From the IMG/VR virus record IMGVR_UViG_3300031952_000001, positions 1 to 64,000 of that record: DNA of 64,000 bases; one strand, 5' to 3'. Under the pieces are notes generated by a model. The model had not been told where the DNA came from. It worked only from the letters and a program-made list of their open reading frames with translations, and ran no database searches. The position numbers and the translations under genes were made by a program. Positions 53,517 through 63,476 of this stretch are shown here, piece after piece; the first letter of the stretch is position 1, and every line of letters begins with the position of its first letter.

Positions 53517-54274
53517 AAGGTGGTCCCATGGCGAAGGCTAAGGCTAAGGCGAAAGAGAAAGTGAAGACGAAGAAGGAGCAACCGACGGAACCCGTGGTCC
53601 TTGGGCAGAAAGTTGTTCTGGACTCGGAGATCCTCGGGGAGATCAATCGCCACTACTCCGCGCGCCTCGGTGACGAAGTTCTCGGCCGTGAGTGCTTCTC
53701 CGATCCCAAGCTGGACAGCCACATTTGCAGCGTCCGGTCGAAGGTTCCCGGAGGGGATACCTGCAAGTCCTGCGGTGGCATCGAGGGGCGGCCTTGCACT
53801 GTCACCTGCCATGTGCATCATTTCTGCCTGGCGACCTACGCTACCCGGCTGGGCATCGGGGTGACGAAGAAGACCCTGCTCGTGAAGTGGATCAAGCACA
53901 ACATCAGTGAGCTGACCTACGCGGAGCTGTACGATCTCGTGGTGTCCCGCAAGGCTCTTTTGGAGGAGGCGAAACCCGAAGAGGTCCTTGAGCAGCCGAT
54001 CAAGGACCGTGCTCAGACGGATCTGAACCTTCCGGATCCTCCACCGGCCGAGAAGAGGCCTGTGCGCCCCGAAGCACTCATCGACAAGGATGCTCTGGAG
54101 GTGGAGGGCTTGATAACGATGAAGACCGCGGCAGAGATCTTCGGTTGCTCGTACATGAATATGATGGGGCATGTGCGCCGCGGGAACCTCAACACGGTAC
54201 AGAAGTCGGGAGCCACTTTCTTGAAGAAAGAGGAAGTCCTTCAGCTGAAAGAGCGTGTAGGGAAAACCCAGTGA
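53513..54274 (+). CDS. Cys-rich protein with C-terminal excisionase/MerR-like HTH
   Basis: Several Cys/His; LITMKTAAEIFGCSYMNMMGHVRRGNL. Confidence 0.55.
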   Translation: MKGGPMAKAKAKAKEKVKTKKEQPTEPVVLGQKVVLDSEILGEINRHYSARLGDEVLGRECFSDPKLDSHICSVRSKVPGGDTCKSCGGIEGRPCTVTCHVHHFCLATYATRLGIGVTKKTLLVKWIKHNISELTYAELYDLVVSRKALLEEAKPEEVLEQPIKDRAQTDLNLPDPPPAEKRPVRPEALIDKDALEVEGLITMKTAAEIFGCSYMNMMGHVRRGNLNTVQKSGATFLKKEEVLQLKERVGKTQ

Positions 54275-54846
54275 TGAAACCTCTCAGAGTCTCTGAATTC
54301 GGGGACACGAGCGCCCTGGTTGAGGTCTACCAAAAGACGGTGGAGCCCTCCCAGAAGACGTTCTTCGATGTGGTGTGCGCATCGGAGTGCGTTGAGGGGA
54401 CGACTCGCTACCTTTCACCCCTGGTGAGGATCCCCAGCATCCCACATTTGGTCGTTGCGGTCATGGAAGCCATGACCTACATTTCGGATCGGCATAAGGA
54501 GATCCGGGACGCAGACTGCGGACCTCCTGTGCTCCTGGAACAGCCGCAGCGTGTCATTCGGTTCCTCGAAGAGGGACCCTCGGAGGCGTTCCAGCTGAAG
54601 TACAGTGGGATCAAGGAGTTCAAGAGTGGCTCCGTCATTGGGGAGCTTCTGGTCTCCGAGGAAAACGGGACTCAGGTATTCTACGTTTGCTGCTGGAGGG
54701 AGTTCACGAACAACGGTGCTCGGGTGCGGGATTTCTTCATCCAGCAGCGGGATCTCCGAAGCCTCGTCACTGTCCTGATGCGCGCGTGGATCTACTTCCA
54801 GGAACACTGGGGAAGCCACTCTCCAGTGGAAAGCCGCAGGTGGTAG
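54274..54846 (+). CDS. Hypothetical protein (190 aa)
   Basis: TGATG coupling with the upstream gene; ends directly before the polymerase ATG. Confidence 0.65.
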   Translation: MKPLRVSEFGDTSALVEVYQKTVEPSQKTFFDVVCASECVEGTTRYLSPLVRIPSIPHLVVAVMEAMTYISDRHKEIRDADCGPPVLLEQPQRVIRFLEEGPSEAFQLKYSGIKEFKSGSVIGELLVSEENGTQVFYVCCWREFTNNGARVRDFFIQQRDLRSLVTVLMRAWIYFQEHWGSHSPVESRRW

Positions 54847-57063
54847 ATGTTTTTCTCTAACATCGAGGTCCCGAAGACCTATCACCTGATCGACAGCCCC
54901 AAGAAGTTCTCGTGGCTGGCTTCGGTGTTGCTCGACTCGAAGGAGTTCTCCTTCGACATCGAGACCAACTACCCCACCTCCAAGTCGATGAAGGACAAGA
55001 TCCCGAGGAACTACCCTCACAAGGTGTGTGGCATCTCCTTCTCTTGGGGGCGGACGGAGATCGTTCGCCCTTGGACTCCCGGGAACGCGGCCTACATCCC
55101 GTTGAGCCGTTCTGACGATTCGCCTTTTTGGGGATCCCGTCAGGTCCATATCGAGGGTCTCCTCAAGGAGATCCTTGAGAGCCCCATTCCGAAGGTGGCT
55201 CAGAACGGCAAGTTCGATGTTCGGCAGCTCGCGAACCTCATGCAGATCTACACAAGGGACTTGAAGTTCGATACGATGCTCGCACACACGCTTCTGGACG
55301 AAGACTGCGTGACCTCTTCGCACGCCTTGAAGTCCAACTTCAATGTCGAGGGGAAGGTGACCAAGCTGGGCATCTCGGATGCGTACTTGGACACCGCGGC
55401 GAGCCAGTTCAAGGGTGATCTCGATCAGGCTTTGAGGTTCTACGATCCCCAGATGCTGCGCTACTCCAAGGTCCCGCTGAACGTCCTCTACCCCTACGGT
55501 TGCGCCGACGCCGATCTGACCCTGTCGTTGAAGTACGTGTTCATGCCGCTTCTGGAGGCTGAGGAACTCATTGCGTTGAACGACAACCTGATCATTCCGT
55601 TGCAGCACACCTTGATGCTCATGGAGCTGCACGGGGTTCCTTTGGACCTGCATCGGGCTCAGCAGGTGAAGGCTGAGCAGGAGCAGATCATCGAGGTCAA
55701 CACTCAGCGCATCCAGGCGATCTGCAACGCGAAGTTCAACGTCAGCTCCACGGATCAACTCGGGAAGCAGCTTTTCGAGGTCATGGGGATACCCGGAAAG
55801 CACACTGCTGACGGCTCCTGGAGCACGGACATGGACTTTATCAGGGGTTTGGACCACCCCATTCGTGAGCCCCTCCTGGAGTTCCGTCGCGCGCAGCAGA
55901 TCCACAACCTCTATGCCGAGCCGGCGCTGAACAAGGTTGTCGAGATCACGAACCAGGGCTACATTGGCTGGGTCCACCCGGAATACTGGATGGACTCGAA
56001 GACCGGACGCCTGAAGCTGAGGGACCCCAACTTGACGACGTTGCCGCGCCCCGAGAACGGCGGCCTCGTCGTGAAGTCGATGTGGTGCACGGACGACGCG
56101 CACCGGATGGTCTTCAAGGACTTCTCTCAGATCGAGCTGAAGGTCATCGCGCACATCTCGGGAGAGCCGGTCTGGGTGGACGGCTTCAACAACGGCTACG
56201 ATATGCACGCCGCGATGGCGAAGAAGATCTGGAACCTTCCTTGTGAGGTTCATCAGGTGAAGGACCTGTACTCCAAGGAGCGCTCTCATGCCAAGACCAT
56301 CAACTTCGGCATCGCGTACGGGCAGAGTGAGAAAGCTCTTGCTGAGAGCCTCGGGATCTCACAGGAGGAGGCTCACAAGCTGATCTGGGAGGACTACTTC
56401 GGAGCGGCTCCGGTGCTGAAGCAGTGGATCGACGATACCCATGAGTTCGTCAAAAACTACGGTTACGTTCGGAACATCTTCGGTCGCAGGCGGCACCTCC
56501 CTGAGGCTAGTACAGTGGTCCCCAAGGGTGTTCCCGGGCCCACCTGGGAGAAGCGCCCCACTTGCTACAAGAAGGACGGTCCGTATCCGAAGTGGTTGGG
56601 CATCCCTCTGGAAGAACTCTACCCGATGCCCATAGACGTGTTGCAGGACCACCTCAAGTCGAAGAAGGGGAACACGTTTAGCTCTTGTAGAAGCTGTCAC
56701 TACGTTCGGTCCTGTGTCATCAACCACGAGGTACTCCGGGCTCAGAGCATCGTCAACAGGGCGCTCCGTCAGTCCGTGAACAGCCCCATCCAGGGCTCCG
56801 CGGTCGACATGGCGTCTCTGTCTTTGGTTTGGATCAGTAGGGAGATCATCAAGCACGGCTTGAAGGCTGCTCCGATCCTCCACATCCACGACGAACTGGT
56901 GGTCCACTCGCACGTCGAGTGCGTTGAGCAGGTGAGCCGCCTCATGGACGACTGCATGACGACCCGGCTGCGAGAGGTCACGCAGTTCAGGGTGCCATTG
57001 ACGGTCGACACGGAGGTTTGCCAAAGGTGGAGCGACCGTTATCGACACAAAGAAGAGGCGTGA
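54847..57063 (+). CDS. polA: Family A DNA polymerase with 3'-5' exonuclease domain
   Basis: FDIET, QNGKFD, DTML (exo); TGRL...PNL, DFSQIELKVIAH (A), RSHAKTINFGIAYG (B), IHDEL (C). Confidence 0.95.
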   Translation: MFFSNIEVPKTYHLIDSPKKFSWLASVLLDSKEFSFDIETNYPTSKSMKDKIPRNYPHKVCGISFSWGRTEIVRPWTPGNAAYIPLSRSDDSPFWGSRQVHIEGLLKEILESPIPKVAQNGKFDVRQLANLMQIYTRDLKFDTMLAHTLLDEDCVTSSHALKSNFNVEGKVTKLGISDAYLDTAASQFKGDLDQALRFYDPQMLRYSKVPLNVLYPYGCADADLTLSLKYVFMPLLEAEELIALNDNLIIPLQHTLMLMELHGVPLDLHRAQQVKAEQEQIIEVNTQRIQAICNAKFNVSSTDQLGKQLFEVMGIPGKHTADGSWSTDMDFIRGLDHPIREPLLEFRRAQQIHNLYAEPALNKVVEITNQGYIGWVHPEYWMDSKTGRLKLRDPNLTTLPRPENGGLVVKSMWCTDDAHRMVFKDFSQIELKVIAHISGEPVWVDGFNNGYDMHAAMAKKIWNLPCEVHQVKDLYSKERSHAKTINFGIAYGQSEKALAESLGISQEEAHKLIWEDYFGAAPVLKQWIDDTHEFVKNYGYVRNIFGRRRHLPEASTVVPKGVPGPTWEKRPTCYKKDGPYPKWLGIPLEELYPMPIDVLQDHLKSKKGNTFSSCRSCHYVRSCVINHEVLRAQSIVNRALRQSVNSPIQGSAVDMASLSLVWISREIIKHGLKAAPILHIHDELVVHSHVECVEQVSRLMDDCMTTRLREVTQFRVPLTVDTEVCQRWSDRYRHKEEA

Positions 57064-57085
57064 GGACGCCCGAGGGAGGATCGAG

Positions 57086-58183
57086 ATGCAGAAGCAAAGA
57101 TTGACGGCGCGGGAGGTGGACAAGTTCTTCTCCAAGGAGCGCCCGGTGTTCGTTCGGAACGTTTTCAAGGGCCAGATCAGCATGATGCTGGAGCGGGAAG
57201 GAAGGCCCTTGAGCTTTTTGATACCTCGGGGGGACAACTGGTTGCGGCTGGATTTCCCCTTCGAGGTCCTCAAGAACTCGGTCGACCTCAAGAGGTTCCT
57301 CCTCAAGCCGAACCCCCCGATGCAGCTGTGGCTCGGAAAGAAGGCTCCGAAGGGGTACAAGCTCCAGCAAGCAACCCACTCTTTCGATGTGGTACCAATC
57401 CCCGAGCTTGAAGAGATCACGATGCCCCCGGTGGACCCCAACGTCGTCCACCCTTCACCGGGTAGGGACGCCTTCGGGATCATGACTTTCAACAAGGTCG
57501 TGGAGGCCTTCGCGGAGGAGCACGAGGCGCTCCTCACGCAGATCGACTTCCACCACAGGAGCCTGGAGGTCGCCGAGGCTCGTTTCAACGAGGTGGACCC
57601 CGTCTATGGCGTTCTCGTGTGGTTGAAGGAGAACGTGTTCGACGAAGAGCCGAAGAAGCAGCTCATCCGGAACGCTCTGTTCGGGAAGGACGAGCCTGGC
57701 GTGGGCGAGAAGGCGGACTACACACTGCCGAGGACCTACAGCGCTCTCAAGGAGTGGGTGAAGGTGATCTCGTCGAACGGCAAGTACGCCAACCTCCAGG
57801 AGAGGTTCAAGGCATACAAGGCGGGCGCTCGGAACGGATACAACCCCAAGGAGGAGTCGGTCGAGTCCCTCGGTCTCCATGCCAAGGAGGCTGAGGCCGC
57901 CCCGAAGGCGGCGCACACGCTTCGGTCCGTACCTGAGATGAAGGCTCAGGCTCTTCAGGATCAAGAAGGGGCTCATTTGAAGCGCGCTTTCGACCTGATG
58001 AACGGGGAATCCGATCCGGCTGTCGAGCAGGCAGAAGACGACATCCAGAAGTCCCGTGACATCTCGAAGAAGCTCGTTTGCGACGTTTGCGGATTCGTGG
58101 CGAAGAGTTCGAAGGGCCTCGGGCCCCACAAGGCCAAGGCGCACGGCAAGAAGGCTTCTCGGTCGAAGAGGAAGGGAAGGTAG
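57086..58183 (+). CDS. Hypothetical protein with C-terminal C2H2 zinc finger
   Basis: GGAGG RBS; VCDVCGFVAKSSKGLGPHKAKAH. Confidence 0.7.
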   Translation: MQKQRLTAREVDKFFSKERPVFVRNVFKGQISMMLEREGRPLSFLIPRGDNWLRLDFPFEVLKNSVDLKRFLLKPNPPMQLWLGKKAPKGYKLQQATHSFDVVPIPELEEITMPPVDPNVVHPSPGRDAFGIMTFNKVVEAFAEEHEALLTQIDFHHRSLEVAEARFNEVDPVYGVLVWLKENVFDEEPKKQLIRNALFGKDEPGVGEKADYTLPRTYSALKEWVKVISSNGKYANLQERFKAYKAGARNGYNPKEESVESLGLHAKEAEAAPKAAHTLRSVPEMKAQALQDQEGAHLKRAFDLMNGESDPAVEQAEDDIQKSRDISKKLVCDVCGFVAKSSKGLGPHKAKAHGKKASRSKRKGR

Positions 58184-58185
58184 CC

Positions 58186-59061
58186 ATGGCGAAGGCACAA
58201 TGGGTTCGTTGGAAGGACGGCGGGGGCCCTCGGGTCATCGGATCCGTCGGGTTCAACCCCGCGCAGCCCTGGGGGCCCTGGACGAAGGTCCTCGGCGTGG
58301 TCGCGCGTTGCGAGGGCAACCACGACACCGTCGTCATGTACGACGGCACGGGGGTGACCTGGGGGTTCCTACAGTGGACTTTCACCAGCGGCCGGCTCCA
58401 GAAGCTCCTGGAGAGCTTCAAGTCGATCCCGCTGGAGAACGGACACCACACCTTGTTCGATCAGGTGTGCTTGGAGGCTATCGGGGGTCCTCAGGTCTTC
58501 TCCCGGTTCGGCTTCCAGATCAGAGATGGGAAGTTCTGGGTTGGTGGAGTGGCCCTTGACCCCAGCAATTCTGCCAGCAAGAAGTGGATCGTCGACATCT
58601 GCATGGGTGTCGAGTTGGCTAACCCGAACAAGACGGCGCTCGCGCTCGCGCAGCTGTTCGCGGACATGGGTGCGAAGCCCGGTGTCCCCGAGGCCCAGCT
58701 CGCGTACGCCAAGGCCGAGTTCGCCCGGCAGCTCGACTACCCGAGGCCTCCGCTGGGAGGGAGGACCATCAGGGACCTGCTCAAGGCGGACAACCCGGCG
58801 TCGTGGGACTCCGCTCTGGTCGCGTTGTTCTTCAACCTGTGGCAGAACAACCCGGGGGCGGCCTACAAGCTGTTCTTGAAGGCCACGTCCAGCTCCAGTG
58901 ATCTCGTCGAGGACTACTTCCGGAAAGCCTGGAAGATGACGAACCTCTCGACGTTCGGGCAGTGGGGCTGGAAGAACGACCCGAAGAGCCCGAGGTGTTT
59001 GCGCATCGCCAAGGCGATCAAGGAGTTCTACGGCATCGCTTTGCCGTTCTATAAACCTTGA
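58186..59061 (+). CDS. Putative endolysin/lysozyme-fold glycosidase
   Basis: VVARCEGNHDTVVMYDGTGVTWGFLQW resembles the catalytic Glu helix plus beta-hairpin of lysozyme-fold enzymes. Confidence 0.55.
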   Translation: MAKAQWVRWKDGGGPRVIGSVGFNPAQPWGPWTKVLGVVARCEGNHDTVVMYDGTGVTWGFLQWTFTSGRLQKLLESFKSIPLENGHHTLFDQVCLEAIGGPQVFSRFGFQIRDGKFWVGGVALDPSNSASKKWIVDICMGVELANPNKTALALAQLFADMGAKPGVPEAQLAYAKAEFARQLDYPRPPLGGRTIRDLLKADNPASWDSALVALFFNLWQNNPGAAYKLFLKATSSSSDLVEDYFRKAWKMTNLSTFGQWGWKNDPKSPRCLRIAKAIKEFYGIALPFYKP

Positions 59062-60143
59062 TGCAGTACGCGGTAAAATACCGACCTGCGACGTTCGCAC
59101 AGGTCGTCGGCCAGCCGGTGACGTGCCGGATCTTGAGGAACTCGATTCTGATGGACCGGGTACCGGCGGCGATCCTCTTCGCCGGTACTCGGGGCACCGG
59201 GAAGACCACCCTGGCACGGTTGTACGCTCGCGCGCTGAACTGCGAGAACTTCAAGACCGTGGGCGACCTGTGCGGAACGTGTCCTTCCTGTCGAGAGGCG
59301 GCTGACTCCCACCTCTCGATCCTTGAGCGTGACGCGGCCTCTTACAACGGGGTCGACGACGTGCGAGACCTGGAAGGGATCCTGCACCAGACGGTGATCC
59401 ACAAGTACCGCGTCCTGATCCTCGACGAGTGCCACATGCTCTCGAAGCAGGCCCAGGCCGCGCTGCTCAAGCAGGTCGAGGACCCTCCGCCGCGGACCGT
59501 GTTCCTGCTGGCGTCCACGGATCCTCAGAAGGTCGAGGATACCCTGCGGTCGAGGTGTCTCTCAGCCCCTCTGAGGGTGCTCAACTCGAAGGAAGTCGCG
59601 GACAACGCGAGGATGATCCTCACCGCTGAGGGCCGGCAGTACACCGAGGACTTCGTGGACCGCTTAGGGCTTCTTGGCGGAGGCTCTCTCCGGGACGCCC
59701 AGCAGATCCTCGAAAGCATGGTCTTGGCCGCGGGAGACGGCGTAGTTGACATCAACCTCCTCCGGGATTCCGTTGGTGTCATCTCTCGGGAGGAGTACGG
59801 ACAGCTCGCGGAGATGCTCGACAGGAAGGATTTGAGACTTTTTTTAGAAAAAATTCGATGCTGGTACTACGAGGGTTTGGACCTTCAGAACCTCTTTATG
59901 GAAGGAATTCCTGTCTTGTTACGCGACTTTTCAATGTTTCTTGCAGGTATTCCTTCAGAAAATGTCGAGTGCTTAAGTGGCCTGGGATTCGAATCCTTTT
60001 CTCGTAACTTAAGATTAGGGCTCCCTGACGTTGAACGCCTGGTTCGGGAGTGGGAGGTGACCGTCGAGTTCATGAGGATGACTTCGAACCCGATGGTCAT
60101 CTGGAGCATGTTCGCAGTGAAGGCGTGTGAGTGTGGGCGGTGA
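59061..60143 (+). CDS. dnaX: Clamp loader, DNA polymerase III gamma/tau-like
   Basis: AVKYRPATFAQVVGQ; GTRGTGKTT; CGTCPSC; ILDECHMLS; LRSRC; GSLRDA. Confidence 0.92.
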   Translation: MQYAVKYRPATFAQVVGQPVTCRILRNSILMDRVPAAILFAGTRGTGKTTLARLYARALNCENFKTVGDLCGTCPSCREAADSHLSILERDAASYNGVDDVRDLEGILHQTVIHKYRVLILDECHMLSKQAQAALLKQVEDPPPRTVFLLASTDPQKVEDTLRSRCLSAPLRVLNSKEVADNARMILTAEGRQYTEDFVDRLGLLGGGSLRDAQQILESMVLAAGDGVVDINLLRDSVGVISREEYGQLAEMLDRKDLRLFLEKIRCWYYEGLDLQNLFMEGIPVLLRDFSMFLAGIPSENVECLSGLGFESFSRNLRLGLPDVERLVREWEVTVEFMRMTSNPMVIWSMFAVKACECGR

Positions 60144-60495
60144 GGAGTACAAGCCCCCTTGGTTCGTGAACATTCAGTGCCCGGAGTGCCGGAGGTGGAT
60201 GCGGAGAAGGGGTACGTTCGAGACCGAAAAGTACGTCGACTTGACGGTCTACTGTGGGAACTGTGGGATCGAGGACAGTGTCCGGCTGACTCCGGAAGAG
60301 TACAGGAGATTGGTTCATGACGACACAATCGGAAGCCTTCCAGAGCATAGCGGAGTTCGTGGGCCCGAAGGGCGACCGCTGGGTGCTCGACGAGTCTCTG
60401 AAAAAGATGGCGGAGGAGCTGGTCGAGCGGTATTCGGAGGATCTCGGACACGTCAAATTGGGGCACGTCGTATTCGTTCGCGCGATAGGGGTTAG
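60127..60495 (+). CDS. Small zinc-ribbon protein (3' part overlaps the next gene)
   Basis: CPEC...CGNC; codon usage degrades after ~60316. Confidence 0.45.
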   Translation: MSVGGEEYKPPWFVNIQCPECRRWMRRRGTFETEKYVDLTVYCGNCGIEDSVRLTPEEYRRLVHDDTIGSLPEHSGVRGPEGRPLGARRVSEKDGGGAGRAVFGGSRTRQIGARRIRSRDRG

Positions 60496-61009
60496 CAGTA
60501 CGACGTGGCTCGGCAAGATCAAGTACCTCGGGAACGCTCCGGACCCGCTCATCGCGCGCTACGTCCTCGCGACCCTCGGGTCCATGGGTATGCTCGATCT
60601 CACGCAGCTGCGTGGTCTCGAAGCCGACCTGATGGACATCAGGTACGTCGTCATGATCAACGACACCGCCATGCGCGCCAAGTCCGGTGCGAGCGCGAAC
60701 GCGGAGATGCTCCGGGCGACCTTGGAGAGGATCACGCTGTACCATGAGCTGACTCACATCAAGCCGGCTATGGACGGGCTCGTTCCTCACGACACCCAGG
60801 ACTTCAAGAGGGTGCTGTACCGGTTCGGCGTGTACTGGTCCTCGGGGATCATCAACCAGACCGATCCCGTCGATTTGGCGGCTGCCGAAGACGCGGCCTC
60901 CAGATTCGCGGAGCAGCTGAACAAGGGTGGCGCGACCTTCGAGGTAGCCGTGCACCACGGGATTCCGTCGGGTGTGCCCTCTGGGGTTCCCGAAGGCCCC
61001 AAGGAGTAG
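60317..61009 (+). CDS. Putative phage metallopeptidase
   Basis: ITLYHELTHI...PHDTQDF (HExxH...HD), preceded by YVVMIN. Confidence 0.7.
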   Translation: MTTQSEAFQSIAEFVGPKGDRWVLDESLKKMAEELVERYSEDLGHVKLGHVVFVRAIGVSSTTWLGKIKYLGNAPDPLIARYVLATLGSMGMLDLTQLRGLEADLMDIRYVVMINDTAMRAKSGASANAEMLRATLERITLYHELTHIKPAMDGLVPHDTQDFKRVLYRFGVYWSSGIINQTDPVDLAAAEDAASRFAEQLNKGGATFEVAVHHGIPSGVPSGVPEGPKE

Positions 61010-61012
61010 AAC

Positions 61013-61675
61013 TTGTCGGGAAGGTACTCCATAGCCATCAAGGGCAGCCAGGTGAACGTCGCGCTGGACGAGAGTCTTCTCCAGCAGGACGTCGAGGACA
61101 TGCTGACCTTCAACCCGGAGGACGTGGAGCACCTTTTGAGGACCCATTCCGGCAACCAGTCGTACTGGGAGGCACTGTCGATCCGCCTGTCTTCCAGGCA
61201 CGAGAACTTCGTGGACGTCTGGGCGAAGAAGTGGTGGGCGCACAGCAACACCTATGCTCGGGCGGTTCTGGCTGCGTACGGGGACACCAAGCCTACAGGT
61301 CCCGCGGTTCAGGACATGGCGGTGCAGATCTACGCCGCGGACACGTCCGAGGTCGAGCGCAAGAAATACGCGGCGCAGGCTCACGACCTCGCGGCCAAGA
61401 AGCTCTCCGTGGGCACCTTCGACGAATACTACAAGGACATGTACAAGTACCAGATGCTGACACCTCCATGGTACTTCGAGACCGTCAGCGAGACGGCGTC
61501 GAAGCTCAAGGAGGATGCGGATCTGGTGAAGAGCATCGCGTCCAAGCTGCATGACAAGTCCTTCCACTTGGGGGCCTACGCCAGGGCCTTCATGGCGAAG
61601 TACGGGAACGTGGGACCTATGAATGTGAACGAGGCCGCCATCATGGAGGCGGCTGGTGGATACAGGAAAAGCTAA
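61013..61675 (+). CDS. Helical hypothetical protein, possibly a UvsY-like recombination mediator
   Basis: All-helical; sits upstream of SSB-like and recA genes; function from synteny only. Confidence 0.4.
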   Translation: MSGRYSIAIKGSQVNVALDESLLQQDVEDMLTFNPEDVEHLLRTHSGNQSYWEALSIRLSSRHENFVDVWAKKWWAHSNTYARAVLAAYGDTKPTGPAVQDMAVQIYAADTSEVERKKYAAQAHDLAAKKLSVGTFDEYYKDMYKYQMLTPPWYFETVSETASKLKEDADLVKSIASKLHDKSFHLGAYARAFMAKYGNVGPMNVNEAAIMEAAGGYRKS

Positions 61676-61707
61676 CTGCCGCCAGTGAGGCGGTGAGGAG
61701 GAAGCCT

Positions 61708-63462
61708 ATGGGCGAGTTTTCGATGCCGTATCAGAGAGAGCGTGACAACGAGGACCGAAAGGGGCCGCTCGTGAAGGAGCTGTGGCGTCCGCTTCCGAAC
61801 AAGGAGGGGATGATGCACTTCAACAACGTGCTCCTCCCGCTGTTCACCCCGCACGCCTGGAAGATGTTCAATCCGACGGAAGAGATGCGCCGGAAGTACC
61901 ACATGTGCGCCCCCACCCCAGGGTCCACTCTGGTGGGTCTCGATCCGTCGAACCCGATCTTCACGTTCTACTTCAAGCTCCCGATCCACCAGGTCGACAA
62001 GTTCAACCGGCCGGACGGCAGCACGGGTTTCGCTTCGGTACTCTGCCCCCTCGGCACCAACAAGTACCTTCAGGAGTCCTTGGGACGCGGTCCGTTGTTC
62101 GAGCAGCCCGTGCGTTGCGCCCACTGCGAGGAGTCGCAGCGTCAGTGGGATCTCTTCAACGCCCGGTGGGAGGCTCTCGGGATCGACAAGAAGGCTCTCT
62201 CGTCGGACGGCTACCGGGACATGTGCACGCGGGATCCTGTCTTGGCGGTGACGAAGAGGGCTGCGAAAGACATCGGAGCTTGGGACAAGTATTTCTTGGC
62301 GATTTTCGACCACGACAAGTTCGTGGGGGCGCGTCCCTTGGGTGAGGGCGACGATCCGGCCACGCTGCACCAGGCGTGGTTCGCTCCGAAGTCGGTGCAC
62401 TCGAAGCTGCTCCGGCTGTTCGATGGCGGGGCTCAGTCTGGTGGGGCTCCGCAAGGACTTCGGTTCTTCGAGAACACTCAGGGCGGATTCCCGATCATCT
62501 CCATCGTGAAGGACACGAGCAAGTGCAAGAAGAACAACCTGCGGGACACGGAGTACGATGCCGTGTTCAACAATCGGTTCTTCCAGTACCCGCCCGAGTG
62601 GCTCGCGTACATCCAGAACTACGCCGCGTTGGTCGATCCGACGGAGACCCTGGTTCACCTTGTCACCTACGAGGAAGGGCTCCACTACGTCAGCCAGACG
62701 AAGTCCTCGGGGAACGACTACCAGCAGGCGCAGCAGCAGATGACCGGCGGGGCAGCCCCTGGTGGGATGCCTCCGGGGATGGTCGGGGCCCCACAGGGAC
62801 AGCCCCCGTATGGCGCTCCTCCGGGCAGCCCTCCGGCAGCCGGTTGGGCGGGCGCGACGGGGTACCCTCCGGTCGGGAACGCCGGCCAGATGCCCATGAT
62901 GCCTCCTCCGGGAATGCCCGCTGGTCTGCCCCCCGGTGCGAACCCTCTGGGGGCTCCTCCGGGACAGCCTCCGATGGGACAGCCTCAGTACGGCCAGGCC
63001 CAGCCCCCGGCGCAGCAGATGCCCTACCAGGCCCCTCCGGGCCAGGCTCCTGGGCCGGCTCCGTACCCGGGCATGGCTCCGGTTCAGCAGGCTCCGGCTC
63101 CGCAGTATCCGGCGCAGCAGCAGTACAACCCAGCTCCTGGGCAGATGCCCCAGGGAATGCCTCCAGGAGCGCCCCCAGCGGCTCAGCAGCCTCCGCAGCA
63201 GTACGGGCAGCCCCAAGGTCAGATGCCCCCGGGGACGCCCCCCATGGTCGGTGGAGCCCCTCCGCAGGGGATGCCTCCGATGGCTCCGCCGCCCCAGCAG
63301 TCGTACGGTGGGGCTCCGGTGCCGAATCAGCCGCCGGCCGTTCCCCCTCCGGGCACGGTTCCGCCGATTGGGGTGGTGCCCGGCTTCGCTCCGCCGCCGC
63401 CCGACAGGGCTCCGACGCCACCCGCTGAGGGTGCTGGTGGTCCGCCGATGCGGCAATGGTAG
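61708..63462 (+). CDS. Putative gp32-like single-stranded DNA-binding protein with ~245-aa P/Q/G-rich tail
   Basis: AGGAGG RBS; Cys/His cluster (HMC, LCP, CAHC); YFLAIFD...WFAPKSV...YDA; directly upstream of recA. Confidence 0.55.
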   Translation: MGEFSMPYQRERDNEDRKGPLVKELWRPLPNKEGMMHFNNVLLPLFTPHAWKMFNPTEEMRRKYHMCAPTPGSTLVGLDPSNPIFTFYFKLPIHQVDKFNRPDGSTGFASVLCPLGTNKYLQESLGRGPLFEQPVRCAHCEESQRQWDLFNARWEALGIDKKALSSDGYRDMCTRDPVLAVTKRAAKDIGAWDKYFLAIFDHDKFVGARPLGEGDDPATLHQAWFAPKSVHSKLLRLFDGGAQSGGAPQGLRFFENTQGGFPIISIVKDTSKCKKNNLRDTEYDAVFNNRFFQYPPEWLAYIQNYAALVDPTETLVHLVTYEEGLHYVSQTKSSGNDYQQAQQQMTGGAAPGGMPPGMVGAPQGQPPYGAPPGSPPAAGWAGATGYPPVGNAGQMPMMPPPGMPAGLPPGANPLGAPPGQPPMGQPQYGQAQPPAQQMPYQAPPGQAPGPAPYPGMAPVQQAPAPQYPAQQQYNPAPGQMPQGMPPGAPPAAQQPPQQYGQPQGQMPPGTPPMVGGAPPQGMPPMAPPPQQSYGGAPVPNQPPAVPPPGTVPPIGVVPGFAPPPPDRAPTPPAEGAGGPPMRQW

Positions 63463-63476
63463 GAAGGGGGCCTCTC

